Shown: positions 23,022 through 36,811, counted from the first letter of the whole stretch. The stretch: 63,884 nucleotides of DNA, filler included, from Octopus bimaculoides (GCF_001194135.2; 6 parts of 6 records of this genome joined end to end with filler, not necessarily neighbours in it); one strand, 5' to 3'. The notes: generated by a model not told the origin, from the sequence alone. Numbers and translations are program-made.

Positions 23022-25716
23022 TATAATCATGTTATTGACATTGCATAACATGCTCTGGCAAGATACTAACTGATCCAATCTACCTAGTTGCAAATTGGCA
23101 CCTCTGAGTGTATACAGATTACTGATGTGTAATTAACAAGTGCATCATTGACTTACAGGAAAACTGCTGAAGCTGTTTTTCCCTATTAGTCGTGGATAGC
23201 TATAAGAATGTATTTTAATCAAGCCTCAGAAATTAACAACGAAACTCTATTGTGCTGGAATAGACCCCTCTATGACAACATATAAGTACAGTGCTGCAGA
23301 AAGTGGTCGATGATGAATAATAGAAATAATAAAAGATGTAATTAGAGGCGTACCAAATGTTAAAAGTCAAGTAAGTCTCCAGGAATTAATTAGCAAAAAA
23401 TGAAAGCCTGATAAAAGTGTGTCAACTGGAATAGCAGACCAGTGATGGACTTTTAGCAATGGGATGATTGCCATATTGAATATGAAGGGTTCCTGAAGGT
23501 CTCCAGTGTGGTAGTTTGTTGACACCACCACCTTAACGTTGTCTGTTGGTTATTAGTTTGACAAAAGTTGTTCTCACGTTGAGTTGACTCCATGGTTGTT
23601 GGTTGAAGATGACAATGTCGGCGATGGTGGATTTTGATAACAGTGTGCAGCAGACAGATGTCACCAACTGTGTTCGTGTGTTCGTTAAGTGTGTGGTGAT
23701 ATACAATAACAACTCACTTTAGGATTATAAAGTTTTATTGTAGCATAGGTTACACATGAATTGCCTTGCATAGAGTTTTGTATGGAGCTGTGTAGTGTTT
23801 AATAGAGATGTCTCTGGTATGTTGGCAGTCAATGAATGAATGCGTGAAGACATTAGTTGTACTTTGTATATATAGAAGAAGACTTGATAGAAATGTTTCA
23901 AGAAAAGTGTGAAAGATAATGGTATTGAATTTGGTTAAATCTGCTGGTGCACGTGGACAAAGAATGCTCTTGTGTGAGAGAGGCCAGCATTAACACAATA
24001 GAACAAAACTATATTCTGGGAGTCCTTTAGAAAAGGGAGACAAGAAACTCAAGGAATTCGATTGAAAAATGGTGGTGGTTACATTACATAACTGACAATC
24101 GAATGTAGCAGAGAACGCTTGTTCGAGGGAGCTAATTATTTCAGCCACTCACAGACTGAATAAAGCTGTAAACTGACAGTGTTGTTTGAGCCTACCTAGA
24201 AATCCGAAAATGCATGTTTTAAACAACTGCAAATACAGACTTGCTGTGGACTAAAGGACATTGGTTTAACAGACCGAGGAAGAATGTCGCTGTATTGACA
24301 TTGCTGTTTGATTGATCAGTGAATTAGTCACAGTAGTTTGATATAATAGTTTTATTGCCTCATTCATCTTCACGTAATGAACTAATTGCACTAAAAATAT
24401 TCTCATAATTGCCAAGTATCACCAATTTTAGTAACAAAATATATAAACACCATATATTCAAACTAGGAATGAATGTCATGGCTGGAATATTTATGAGCCA
24501 GAGAATTTTGGATCAAGTTTGACCTGAAGTTAACTAACATCTTAGGTTTGCTTTATCAAGTCTGAACTGGGATACATGAAAACAACATGACCAAGATTTA
24601 GAGGAGAGAAAGAGAATATTTGGAAAACCATAGTAAAAGTTAATCATTGTGTCAGTATTAAATTAGATAGCAAGTGTCTAAATGTAGGCAGGACACATAT
24701 TTCTGTTGTTAGGTTGAAATTTAAGTATCACCCACAAACATATGTCTACTGTCTGTGCAATATGACAAAAGATGCTTGTTGTTTCACATTTCCTTTCACT
24801 GCCATTGAAATAGTGTCATCAATAATCATTGCTTCATTCACTGGATTTAAACACCATTGTATCAGATGACAACGAGGAGGAAAGAGCTAATGTTAATGAA
24901 TGGGGAACACACTTACTGCCATAGGACAGTGGACAACAGAATTGTTATTTAGGAACAGTGAGCAGCAGAGTGAAATATGAGTTGAGCTTCAATCACACAA
25001 GCTAGTCATTACCCACTACAGAGGTCATGATATCACTTACTACCAAAGACCCTGATACTACCCACAGTCAAGGACCTTGATGCTACCCACCAACTGGGGC
25101 TTTTAAGGTAACAAATGCAGTACAGCCATTATCAGGTGACAGAAGACAATTATATTGGTTATCCAATTAATTGATATGATAAAGTTTATCTTTATTCTCA
25201 GTATTTCCTTGATATCCAGTAAATCTTGTGAAAATTTCTACATTGAGAATTGGCGCCATTGCATCTAAATGTTGGCATAAATGTGGAATTAGTTACTTCA
25301 GAAGTTAGGTACTGCAAGACGCAATGCTGCATAATAAATATTAGACTTTTATGTGCATCGATTATGGATTTATGTAATGATTTAGAATACAATAGAGGAA
25401 GTTTAGAACTCCTTTAAAACCCATTGAACATATGAACTTTTCTTAATGGATGTCTACATATGCTTGTTATTGTTGTTGTTTTTGTATGTTTTGTTTATGT
25501 TGTTGTTGCTATTTTAGTATGCATTGTAATGTTGCATGTTGGATGTCAGATCAAGTGCAGTTTCCCCAGTGAGTCTGTAAAATTAGTTTTTGCAGTGAAG
25601 TTTGCATATTTCATCAACTTTTACCCAAAGATGACATTTTCAACAAATCACCAAATGAAAATTGACAAAGCTGTTTTAATGCCATTGTGGAATGAAAGTC
25701 AGCGCTGACCTTTCAG

Positions 25717-25854
25717 AATGTTAGTGGAAGTGAATTATGGATAGACAACGCTCTTCAAACAACACTAGAGACATCAACAAAAAGACATTCTAATGTTACT
25801 GCACTATTCATTAATCCTGACAGCTATGGGATCCTACCATTGCATGGCTTCAGG
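25717..25854 (+). CDS. Candidate exon, unknown product
   Basis: ctgacctttcag|aat...ttcagg|gtaatg, 46 open codons (NVSGSELWIDNALQTTLETSTKRHSNVTALFINPDSYGILPLHGFR); no recognised homology. Confidence 0.22.
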
Positions 25855-26176
25855 GTAATGATAAGCATAATATTTCAACAAAGAACATGTTGGTTTCAAA
25901 TCAAACTAGCTGTTGCTATATGTTTGTTATTATTGAAATACATATAAATTGGTGAACTTCATGATATTGATCAATATGAACTGCAGACCTAACTAAAGTT
26001 CAAAAACACAGTTTGTGTTACAGCAAGATTTGTATTTATCCTGATATGTTTATACTTCAAACTTATTTCTTTGGTGGCCCCTTATGCAAAGAGAGCTCTA
26101 AAATATTACTTTTATTGAGCACTTTCATGACTATCATTTCTTAATGTATTTTGAAGAATGCATACATATACATCTA

Positions 26177-26500
26177 CAAGTGTCTTCTACTATAACCTTG
26201 AGCCGACTGAAACCTTGTGAGTGGATTTGGTAGATGGAAACTGAAAGAAACCCATGATATATATAGATGTGTGTGTGTGTAGTGTATGCATTTGTGTCTG
26301 TGTCTGTTCCCCCACCACCACTTGACAACCAGTGTTGGTGTGTTTACATCCTGATAACATTAGTGATTCAGCAAAACAGACTGATAGAATAAGTACAAGA
26401 CTTAGAAAATACTAGGGTTGATTCATTTGACTAAAATTTCTTCAAAGTGGTGCTCCAGCATGGCCACACTCTAATGATTGAAACAATTAAAAAGTAAGAG
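26177..26500 (+). mobile_element. SINE family A, 5'-truncated
   Basis: caagtgtcttctactata...gtgagtggatttggtagatggaaactgaaagaa...gtggtgctccagcatggcc...gattgaaacaa. Confidence 0.8.
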
Positions 26501-26593
26501 ATATGTATGAATCCCTCTCCCTCTCTCGGAGAGTCACAAGCACATACACAGACATATACACACGCGGCAGTGACTTCCGCCTACCAAATTCAG

Positions 26594-27720
26594 TGTCATT
26601 ATTCAGTTTATTTTAAGATTTCTTGCCAATGGAGAAAGAGTTGGTTTCTAACCTAGATCCAAGGTTTCTTCAATTGAATTTCAGCAACATCAACAGGGTA
26701 TTTTTGTATGTATGTATATGTGTAGATTTGTTTGTCTTGTTTTATGTATATCTTCTCATTCCTATAGTTGCATATCTAGACATGCTCACATATATTTAAA
26801 TGATAAACTTCTGGAAAGTTTTATAAATTTTTACAGTTCTAGTGATGGCTTAGATCTGTTGTCCTTGAATCAGCTTTCTCCTTTTTGGTTTTGAGAAACC
26901 TAATTTCTCAAGATTGGTATTTAGGCAGTGTGTTACATATCCCAGTGCCCCAATAATTACAGGTATAAATCTGAATTTGTAATCTGAATAGAGTAACTGT
27001 AAATTTCTTAATAGTTCAGCATAGGTGTTCTCTTTTTCACTGATGCACTTTGACTCCTGGTGGTTAAAAGATGTTGCCAAAGTGATATGATATGACATTC
27101 AAAGGCAGTTTGGAACAATGTTAAGCCTCTGCAATCTTGTTTTTTATTTTAGGTAGGGGTGGTCTACATCACTCATGATGTGGAAATTATGTGTGCTTGT
27201 TATTATCTTCCAGGTTTTCGCATCAATGGCTCAGATCTCATCAACCATCCAATCAAGCAGCCTAAATCTTGGTATGAGTACTGGCACTACAAACACATCA
27301 TGGACCATTGTTCTATTGAATGCAGAGAGTTCTGAGTTTCAAATTTTCTTTATTTGACAGTAATATTCTTTCGTGACACATGTTTTGTTACAGGTGCCAT
27401 TCTTAGATGTGTTTTCATGTACCCCTAGATACTTGTAACATTCCTCATCCGATATTGGGGAAACAGTTAAGTTATTGATGGAGATGTTGCTAGTCTGGTT
27501 TACAGTTATCCCTCTTTTCACAACCGTATAGCAATATGTGTGTATGTATGTATGTATGTATGTATGTATGTATGTATGTATGTATGTATGTATGTATGTG
27601 TGAGTGTGTATGATTGTGTTTCTTTGTCTTCACACCAAGTGAAGGTTGTAAATGACAAATTAGCAGTGTCATTTCCAATCCTCCATGAAACATGTCCAAC
27701 AACTGGGAAATACTGGTTTG
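26594..27720 (-). mobile_element. R4/Dong-like LINE, internally deleted, interrupted by (TATG)n
   Basis: YKYLGVHEN...KEYYCQIKKI.NSELSAFN, then EKENTYAELLRNLQLLYSDYKFRFIPVIIGALGYV, then a 3' UTR homologous to 8582-8682. Confidence 0.85.
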
Positions 27721-28456
27721 TTTGGAAACAGGTGATGGTTGGTAAGTAGAAGTGTATCTGGCTGTAGAAAATCTGCCTCAAAAAATTCCATCTGACCCTT
27801 GTAAACATAGAAAGGTTGATATTAAAATACACACACACCAGCATGGAAAATGGATATTAAATGAGGATGATGACATACATACATGTATGTATACATATAT
27901 ATATATNNNNNNNNNNNNNNNNNNNNNNNNNNNNNNNNNNNNNNNNNNNNNNNNNNNNNNNNNNNNNNNNNNNNNNNNNNNNNNNNNNNNNNNNNNNNNN
28001 NNNNNNNNNNNNNNNNNNNNNNNNNNNNNNNNNNNNNNNNNNNNNNNNNNNNNNNNNNNNNNNNNNNNNNNNNNNNNNNNNNNNNNNNNNNNNNNNNNNN
28101 NNNNNNNNNNNNNNNNNNNNNNNNNNNNNNNNNNNNNNNNNNNNNNNNNNNNNNNNNNNNNNNNNNNNNNNNNNNNNNNNNNNNNNNNNNNNNNNNNNNN
28201 NNNNNNNNNNNNNNNNNNNNNNNNNNNNNNNNNNNNNNNNNNNNNNNNNNNNNNNNNNNNNNNNNNNNNNNNNNNNNNNNNNNNNNNNNNNNNNNNNNNN
28301 NNNNNNNNNNNNNNNNNNNNNNNNNNNNNNNNNNNNNNNNNNNNNNNNNNNNNNNNNNNNNNNNNNNNNNNNNNNNNNNNNNNNNNNNNNNNNNNTTACA
28401 TACACACACATATATTCATACAGAGTTGAAACACAATTTGATTTATTTTTTCAGTG

Positions 28457-29599
28457 TACAATTTTCATAATTATCATAATTTTGAAATATTTATAAAACC
28501 ATCAAAAGCTTGTTTATTTTTATGTTTTTGATTTATTATTAGTGTTGCTTAATATGTTTTGCTGAAATTACTGTTTCTTTTCATATACCATCAGGAAAAC
28601 GTCTTTAAAATTCATTAAATTGACAGATCTATCGGACTTTCACAGAAGTCAAATTGTTGGTGCTCATATGGTAAGTGCTAGCATAACGAAAATAGCCAAA
28701 ATGTTTGGTGTTTGGTGTAAGAAGTACTCTCTTGAAAGTAATGACAGCCTTTGAGAAAGAGGGAAAAACTTCCTCGTTGAAACAAAACTCCAGAAGAAGA
28801 CATAACCCTAACCCTAACCCTAACCCTAACCCTTACACGAATTGTTAGAAAAGATCACAAAAGTACAACTCCCAACATTACTGCAGAGCTTAATAACCAC
28901 CTCAAGAACCTAGTTTCCACAAAAACTGTTCTCCGGAAGCTGCACAAAGCTGAATTTCACGGGAGGGCTGCAATCAGAAAATCACTACTTTCAAAAACAA
29001 ATGCTGCAAAGCATTTAGAATGAAATAAAAACCTACAGAATTAGTCCCTAGAGCAGTGGAAGGATATTGTTTTCTGAGACGAGTCATCCTTTGCCCTATT
29101 TCCGACCACCGGCTGAGTACACATGTGGAGACAGACAAAAGAAGCATTTGACCCAGACTGCTTTCTTCCAACCGTTAAACATGGAGGAGGATCTGTGATG
29201 ATCTGAAGAGGGAGGGGAGCTATATCTTGGAAATCCACTGGCCCAATGGTTTCCCTTCATGGCAGAATTAATAGTCAAGACTATTTAAGCATTTTAGCTG
29301 ATCAAATTCATCCTATGGCTGCGGAACTGTTTCCAGAGGGAAACGCAATCTTTCAGGATGATAATGCACCAATTGACACCGCTAAAGTTGTTACTGAATG
29401 GCACGAGGAATATTCTAGTGAAGTTGAACATTTTATCTGAAGAATGGACAAAATTCCTTTGGAAACAATTCAAACTTTGTACGAGTCTATACTTCATAGA
29501 ATTCAAGCTGTAATTACTGCCAAAGGTGGTCCTACCCCATATTAAAATAAATTTGTTTGAAATTTTAAGATGTTTCCATTATTTTGTCCAACCCTTGTA
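28457..29599 (+). mobile_element. Tc1-family transposon, second copy of the 16725 family
   Basis: Colinear homology to the reverse complement of 16725-17961; MVSLHGRINSQDYLSILADQIHP...FQDDNAPI; ~115-bp deletion removing the catalytic E; 3' end gtttccattattttgtccaacccttgta. Confidence 0.92.
28803..28832 (-). repeat. Interstitial telomeric repeat (TAACCC)5, i.e. TTAGGG-type
   Basis: Five perfect units seen directly, inside the Tc1 copy. Confidence 0.95.
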
Positions 29600-30349
29600 T
29601 GTATGTATGTATGTATGTATGTATGTATGTATGTACCCATGCCAGCATGGAAGACGGATGTTAAATGATGATGACGATGATGAGGAAGATGGCAGAGTTC
29701 TTACTATGCTGGACAAAATGCATAAACAGGGGAAATCTTATCAAGTAGTACTATAGTTAAATATTTTAAGTAATACTGCTATTTGTATAAAGTTAAAGTT
29801 TAGGGTTATTCAGAGGATTATTAAGAATAATTATAACAAGAGGATAAAATGTTTTATGAATACTTTTGAGTATATACCAAACTTTTACCACAATAGAGGG
29901 AGGAAAAGAAATTATCCAGAAATAGTTTAATACTTATACATATTATAAAACTTAAATACTAATTTATCAGATGGTATCAGTGAATATTGATCAATTGGTA
30001 TATACTGGTATTTAATAAAGGAGTAAAAGAACATGCTATCTATAAATTAATTTAATTATAATCTAAGCAGTTTATTTTAAGTAGTGAATATACCAGTATT
30101 GTTATATATAAGCTAAGTATGAATTTATAGAGGTAGTACAAATATTAGATTTATTTTATAAATAAATAAATAAAGGCTATTGTAAAATAATAAAGAAATA
30201 AAATAATCAGTTGTATGACCTCTACCTCTACACAACCCACATTATCTCCTTTCCACTTTGCCCCTCATTTTCTCTAATAACACTTCCTTTCCCATTCCCC
30301 TGCTCCCTACCATATACCCACCCCCAGTAGTGTCTATTTTGTTACTCTC

Positions 30350-31560
30350 TCCACTACCACTCCTTCACAGTTCTTTTTCTCATTCTTTCTATGATTGATT
30401 TATTGTTGCTAGGGATGATGAACAGAACATCATCCCTATATAAGCCTCCCTGAAATTCAGGGATTTCCCTATTTAGGCACCTTAAAAGGTGCGCACCCAC
30501 TAGATTTGTGATTTCAACTGAGTCACTCGAGCCAGACAAAATTCTTACCTTTAAATTTATGGTGTAAGTAAGGACAGGATGTATTTGTACTATCACTCCA
30601 CCCTGGAATCGTGCCATAGTTAATAGTTTTGTATATATTTCTAGTAGATTCCTTATCCAGAGGAGTAACCATTTCTTTTACATCATCACCTTTTTTTTAT
30701 CTAACTTGAGCTTCCTACTCATTTTAGTATCCTCTCTTCTATTGAAGCAAACTCTATTATTGTAATAATTTTTTTTTTAATGTTAGGCTTATAGGATGCT
30801 TTATCATTTGGTATTTTTTCACAACTAAGTAAGTTAGTAGACTTTCTATTGCTCAAACTATCATTTTTTCCTCTATCAAAAGCTACTGAACTTACAGGAC
30901 TAAGAAAAGTAATTTCCTGCCTTAGACACAGCAACATTGTAGTGGTATGAATGGGAATTAAAAATATCAATGTTTGATGGTAATTTAGTAATTCTCCTAG
31001 AAATACTTTTAACTACCGATTTTAATACATTAGTGGGGTGATTTGATAATTTGTTCACATATCTTGTAACCTCACCTTCTTTCCTATAGGGGTAGTATAA
31101 TTTAGAGTTAATGTTTAAAGTAGTCTCCAAAAAATTTTGAGTTAATATTTAAAGTAGTATCCAAAAAAATATTCATACGTAATACTTAGGTTAAAGTTTT
31201 TGAAAAATTTTCTAATTCTTTTTCTCATTCTTTCTACGATTGATTTATTGTTGCTAGGGATGATGAACAGAGCATCATCCCTATATAAGCCTCCCTTTAA
31301 TTCAGGAATTTCCATATTTAGGCACCTTAAAAGGTATGCACCCACTAGATTTCTGATTCCAGCTGAGTCACTCGAGCCCATAGCTATATCAAAGGCTTTG
31401 GATATACAAGGATTTGATAAAACTAGTCTATAAATTAAAACAGTGACAAGTAAAATCTGTAACAAGTCTTTCTTCCTGATACTTTTGTAGCTTCTAAGTG
31501 GAAGTAAAGGCAGCATGTTCTTTGTCTATCTCCTTAACTTCTTGGAGATTTCAGGCAAAA
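30350..31560 (-). mobile_element. Naiad/Chlamys-like PLE reverse-transcriptase fragments, partly duplicated
   Basis: FDIAMGSSDSAGIRNLVGAYLL...GGLYRDDALF...RIRKFFKNFNLSITYE, then TTLNINSKLYYPYRKEG..YVNKLSNHPTNVLKS. A second copy of the YRDD block lies at 30370-30533. Confidence 0.8.
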
Positions 31561-31716
31561 TTATACTAATGTGTCCATCTGTTTTAATTTAATTAAATTC
31601 TGTCTTTGTGCAGCTGAGGATTGGTCTGCATTTAAAGTGATGTAATAGTTGCATTGTTCAGTTAAATGGAGTTGCATGAAACGATCGTACTGCATTACCT
31701 CTGGATATCCTTGTTG

Positions 31717-31747
<31 letters not shown>

Positions 31748-31852
31748 NNNNNNNNNNNNNNNNNNNNNNNNNNNNNNNNNNNNNNNNNNNNNNNNNNNNN
31801 NNNNNNNNNNNNNNNNNNNNNNNNNNNNNNNNNNNNNNNNNNNNNNNNNNNN

Positions 31853-31917
<65 letters not shown>

Positions 31918-32532
31918 CTGTGTATACGTGTCTACCAATTTGTGTTGCAAGATTCCTGATGTAAAATCGTGTATTGAAACAGATATTATTGCACTTCAAG
32001 ATGGTCATATTTTTCTTTTTTTGCCAAATAAACATGCACTATATATTTGCTCTTCACTCATTTATTACTGTTCATATTTATTTATTATTTTTTTTATGTG
32101 ACAAAAGACTTCCAGATAATAGATATGAGTTAGAATTTAAAAAGAAATAAAATGAATAGTAATAAATGAGTGCAGAAGAAATATATAGAGTATATATATA
32201 TATTCACACAGTCACAGACCCTCCCACACAGATGTATATATCCTCTCCATCTGGGACACTTTTTCATTGTTCAGACTCTGTTCTTCTCTCTCCACCTCTA
32301 TGGTAACTTTACCCTTTCATCCCTTCATTACTCTCCTCTGCCTCACTTTCTCTCCCCATCTTCTTTCCACAGTTTCTCCACCTCCTCTCATCTGTCTGCC
32401 ACACCACCACCTCCATTACCCACCACTCGTCCCTTTTCTTCAATGATTCTCCCAGGGACTCCTACCATTCTTGTCTTCTCTCCCCTCATACCTTCCATCC
32501 ATTGTAGCCCTTATAATGTAGGATTGCTTTGG

Positions 32533-32697
32533 ACCTCTACCTCTACGCAACTTGCATTATCTCCTTTCCACTTTGCCCCTCATTTTCTCTAATAATTCTT
32601 AACACTGTTTCTTTCTCATTCCCCTGCTCCCTACCACATACCCATCCCCAGTACTGTCTATTCCGTTACTCTCTCCACTACCACTCCTTCACAGTTG
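32533..32697. repeat. Pyrimidine-rich segment also present at 30217-30371
   Basis: gacctctacctctac...cattatctcctttccactttgcccctcattttctctaataa...ctctctccactaccactccttcacagtt occurs in both places. Confidence 0.8.
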
Positions 32698-32844
32698 TAA
32701 ATCTGTTCCTCTCATTTAATTCCTCTCCTCCACTCTTATCATTCCACATCGAATCATTGCACCATCCTTCTTCTAATTTCTCCTTCAGTTACAGAAACCA
32801 CCTTGGATCCTTAGTCTTGCAAGTTTCAAAACAACATCACTAGT

Positions 32845-33038
32845 GCTGGTACCATAAAACAAAAAAAGAAAAGACACCACTACACTTTATGAAATGTTTG
32901 GTGTTAGGAAAGGCATCCAGCTGCAGAAACCATGTCAATGCAGTTATTGATGTATGGTGGTGTTCTCTAACTCCTCAGCACTTGTCAAACCATCATCTCA
33001 AGCCAGCAGCATGTACTGTGGATATTAAATGATGATGA
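32845..33038 (+). mobile_element. RTE-type 3' UTR/tail repeat
   Basis: ttggtgttaggaaaggcatcc...ggatattaaatgatgatgat, homologous to 22930-23021; similar tails at 27800-27875 and 29637-29690. Confidence 0.6.
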
Positions 33039-33106
33039 TATATGTACATAAATTTGTATGTATATATTTGTATGAATGCTCACACACACACACACACACA
33101 CACACG

Positions 33107-33143
<37 letters not shown>

Positions 33144-34069
33144 ATATATATNNNNNNNNNNNNNNNNNNNNNNNNNNNNNNNNNNNNNNNNNNNNNNNNN
33201 NNNNNNNNNNNNNNNNNNNNNNNNNNNNNATATATATATATATATATATATACTCATCATGTTTCATTGTAAACTGGAAATTTAAAAGAAAAGGTTAGAG
33301 GAATGCTAGGTTCATTAACTCATCTCAGAAGTAATGACACCTAATAAATTTATTTTATTCGACCCAAACCAATAGAACTGAGAAATATATGAATGCCATG
33401 CACTAGAGCAATAAAATATTCTGTTAAAATTTTAAACAATTGTGACAGTCTCAAAGCTTTCTTGATGCAGTGAAAATAAAGATTATTATAATGTATTAGT
33501 ATAACCAAATAATGAACGATAATAGTTGAGTTCATGCTGTAACATTTAATGTATACATTAAAAAAAAAATTAATTAATGACTAATATTCCTTAATTATTT
33601 TGACAAGAATGTGAAACAACTGTAGATATGTTTCACCTCTATTATGAGTTCATTAGCAAAGCATATATTACAGATTACTTACTGAGTAGGAGACTTGTTA
33701 AGTAAATGTATAAGAATTTATACTAGTTGATGTAGAAAACTAAAATTGTTTAACAAGTAAGTATTTCTAGTTTGCTTTAGCTTTATAATGTTCCCTACAT
33801 CAGGTTTGCTAATATTAACTTAATCATCAGTTTGTTTGTATACCAGTCACATTGCATAATTATTTCAAGATACCTTTGTAATGCCCCTTTTATTTTGGAT
33901 TGGATTGGATTGCATATGTTTAGTCGACTGCAGAATGAGGGCCACTGCTTGTTCTTGCCACCCATCATGCCCTAGAATTTGAGCTTGAGATCATATTGGT
34001 TTCATGAGCCTACTCTACTATACTGGCTCAGTATGGCTTGTCAGAGTGGTGCAACTTTTATACTCTTAC

Positions 34070-34247
34070 CTAGGAGAAGTTAAGTTAATTACATTGACTC
34101 CAGTGCTTGATTGGTACTTATTTCATCAGCCCTGAAAGGATGAAAGGCAGTCAATCTCTGCAGAATTTTAATTCAGAACCTAAAGACAGGCGAAATACCA
34201 CTAAGCATTTTGTCTGGCATGCTAACAATTCTGCCAGCTCACTGCCT
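34070..34247 (-). mobile_element. tRNA-derived SINE family B
   Basis: Reverse complement ggcagtgagctggcagaattgttagcatgccagacaaaatgcttagtggtatttcg, homologous to 40304. Confidence 0.75.
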
Positions 34248-34469
34248 CCCTGCATTAAATATATTAATATTACTTAATGTTTGTATAAAACTTACTTACA
34301 GCTATATTTTAAATCTGGGGTTCATGCATTTAGTCTCCAGTTTCCATCTGTCACTGTAAGAAGATACAGATTTTAAGAAAAAAATTAAGTGCACAAATAA
34401 ATCTTATTTTTCTTCAAGAAAAGAACCCAGTTTAAAAATAAAAACAAACTTTGTTGTTAAATCTTACAG

Positions 34470-34611
34470 CAGAAATTATCTCCCTTAAGAAGTTTCTCTG
34501 TGTCACAAGGAAAGTGAACAGTCATATGATGTCAGTTGATACGATGAAATTATTTACTCTAGCATTGTTCTTATTTATCATGTCATGGAATCAGTACAAA
34601 GCAGAGATTGT
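34470..34611 (+). CDS. Candidate exon encoding a signal peptide
   Basis: aatcttacag|cag acceptor; ATG at 34544 gives MKLFTLALFLFIMSWNQYKAEI; donor gt|gtgagt at 34612. Confidence 0.35.
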
Positions 34612-35278
34612 GTGAGTGAGAGACAGAGAATTAGAGAGAAGAAAAGAAAGAGAAAGAGGGAGAGAAAGTTTGAAAGATAATGCAATAGTTTTATATCATC
34701 ATCATCGCAATCATCATCATTTTAATGTCTACTTTTCTGTGCTTGCCTGGATCAGTATGCTGGGGCAAAGTTTTCTACACTCCCATGCCTTTCCTTGCTA
34801 ACTCCAGTTGTTTTCCATGTGAAGTAATAGTCTTTCAGTCTATTAAACAACAAACAGCCCAGACACGTTAACATGTAGAACTGGAAACAAATGACACCAT
34901 ATGCATGAGCCTTTTGCCCACAAAGGTTGTGCAATATTCCATGAAGCCCTGATATGCTTTCTCTGGACTACAAGCAAATGACATCTTTAACAAAGCCATT
35001 GTTTACAATTTGTAGATAAAACATGTTTTAACAAGGGAAATTTGAATTCACAAACATACAACTCACAGACAACATATATGTATATACAGAAAACGAAACA
35101 ACAATGGAGAGATTGCTTATAAATATTTAGTCAAATATCTTAAATATATTTCATAAATAAAAAGATATCTATTACATAATATAGATTATGTAATCAAATT
35201 ACATTGTCTTCAGAAATGTCTAGTGTTCATATGTAATATTAGTGGATTAGTGACAGTGGGAAGCAACCAAAAGTACTG

Positions 35279-35850
35279 CATGACTGGCATTGCAGTATCA
35301 TTGTAAACTGCTACAAAGGCAAAGGAGATGCCTTAGAGACAGGCAACTATAGGGGAATCAATCTACTGGGTCAGGCTATGAAGGTCAAGGTGAGAGTCAT
35401 AGCACAATTGATCCATGAGAGACTAGACATAGATGAAATACAGTTTTACTTTGTGCTTGGGAAAGGCACCACCAATGCAATTTTCCAAATGAGGCAACTG
35501 CAGGAGAAATTCTTGGCTAAGAGTATTTATTGACCTAGAGAAGGTATATAACATTGTAACAGTGGATGTGTAATGTAAGTGAACATTACTGACAAAGTGC
35601 AAATGTGCTAAAAGAAAAACTGAGCATAAGAAAAATTGGATGTGGTGTGTAAGAAAGAAGATGGCACTGGTATGGATATGATGTGTATTGATGAGGACAT
35701 CTGTGTAAATAAATGCTGATTGTTTAATGTGGATGTGGCTTGCAAAAGAGGGAGACCTAGGAAGACATGGAGTGAAGTGGTGAAAGCTGATCTCAGAACA
35801 TCAAATGTCCCTGAAGAGATGACAAGGGACTATGGTGAATGACAGCTCTC
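35279..35850 (+). mobile_element. RTE-clade LINE, RT fragment joined to C-terminus (internal deletion)
   Basis: HDWHCSIIVNCYKGKGDALETGNYRGINLL...GKGTTNAIFQMRQLQEKFL...IDLEKVY, then RRWHWYG...KRGRPRKTWSEVVKADL. Confidence 0.88.
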
Positions 35851-35897
35851 AAGAAGATCTGCCCATACATTCATACATACATGTATATATTATGTAA

Positions 35898-35985
35898 CCA
35901 CTAGCAGAAATACCCGGCTTTGCCCGGGTTAAAGAGAATAATGAAATCTAAAAATGCCGTCTAGACTACGCAACCCTCAACTGTT
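35898..35985 (+). mobile_element. Possible Helitron/Helentron-like terminus
   Basis: actagcagaaatacccggctttgcccgggtt: a CTAG-containing start followed by a short GC-rich hairpin. Pattern recall only. Confidence 0.3.
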
Positions 35986-36367
35986 AGTAGCTACGATACC
36001 ATATTTCTACATTAATAACTCTCCAATCCATGCCAGCATGGAACATAGACATTAAGTGGAATGCCAGTCTCTCATCTAGGAGGGCCTTGAAATCAATGTT
36101 ACCAACTGGGGACTATGTGTGTCGTAGTGATAATAAAAAGACCCAAAGGAGGTCTGCAACGAAATAATTTTACTCAACACTTTGCAAGTGAATCAGTGGA
36201 GGCAAAGATGTGTCTCATTTACTTGACAATTTATGCACCACATTGCAGAAATCACAATGAAAGTATANNNNNNNNNNNNNNNNNNNNNNNNNNNNNNNNN
36301 NNNNNNNNNNNTTAATTAATTAANNNNNNNNNNNNNNNNNNNNNNNNNNNNNNNNNNNNNNNNNNNN

Positions 36368-36410
<43 letters not shown>

Positions 36411-36811
36411 ATGTGTGTATTCATATAATGGGGGAGGGAGAGAGAATAAGAGCGCAACTGAGAGATTAATGATTTTTAGCATTGATAGAAGTGACTGAAA
36501 CTGATTAAAATATGATCAGACAGAGAACTCAATACAAAATGTAGAGTCAAATGAAGATGTTGTCAATGTAAGGTGACCGTCGCTATAAATATTTTCTTTA
36601 CTGATTTCATTTACACTACATGAAAGAGACAGTGAGATGAAATATTTTAATATCGGTCGCCTTTGATACTAAATGGTATCTGTTGATATGCATGAGTATG
36701 TGTACGCATAAATATACGTGTATGTACAACTACATTTATACACATATTTATATTTCTCTCTCTCTCTCTCTCTCTCTCTGTGTCTCTCTCTCTGTCTCTC
36801 TCTCTCTCTCT

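Noticed and set aside
23880-24020. Possible integrase remnant (DNGIEF)
   Set aside because: It needs a frameshift and has no supporting motifs; indistinguishable from chance.
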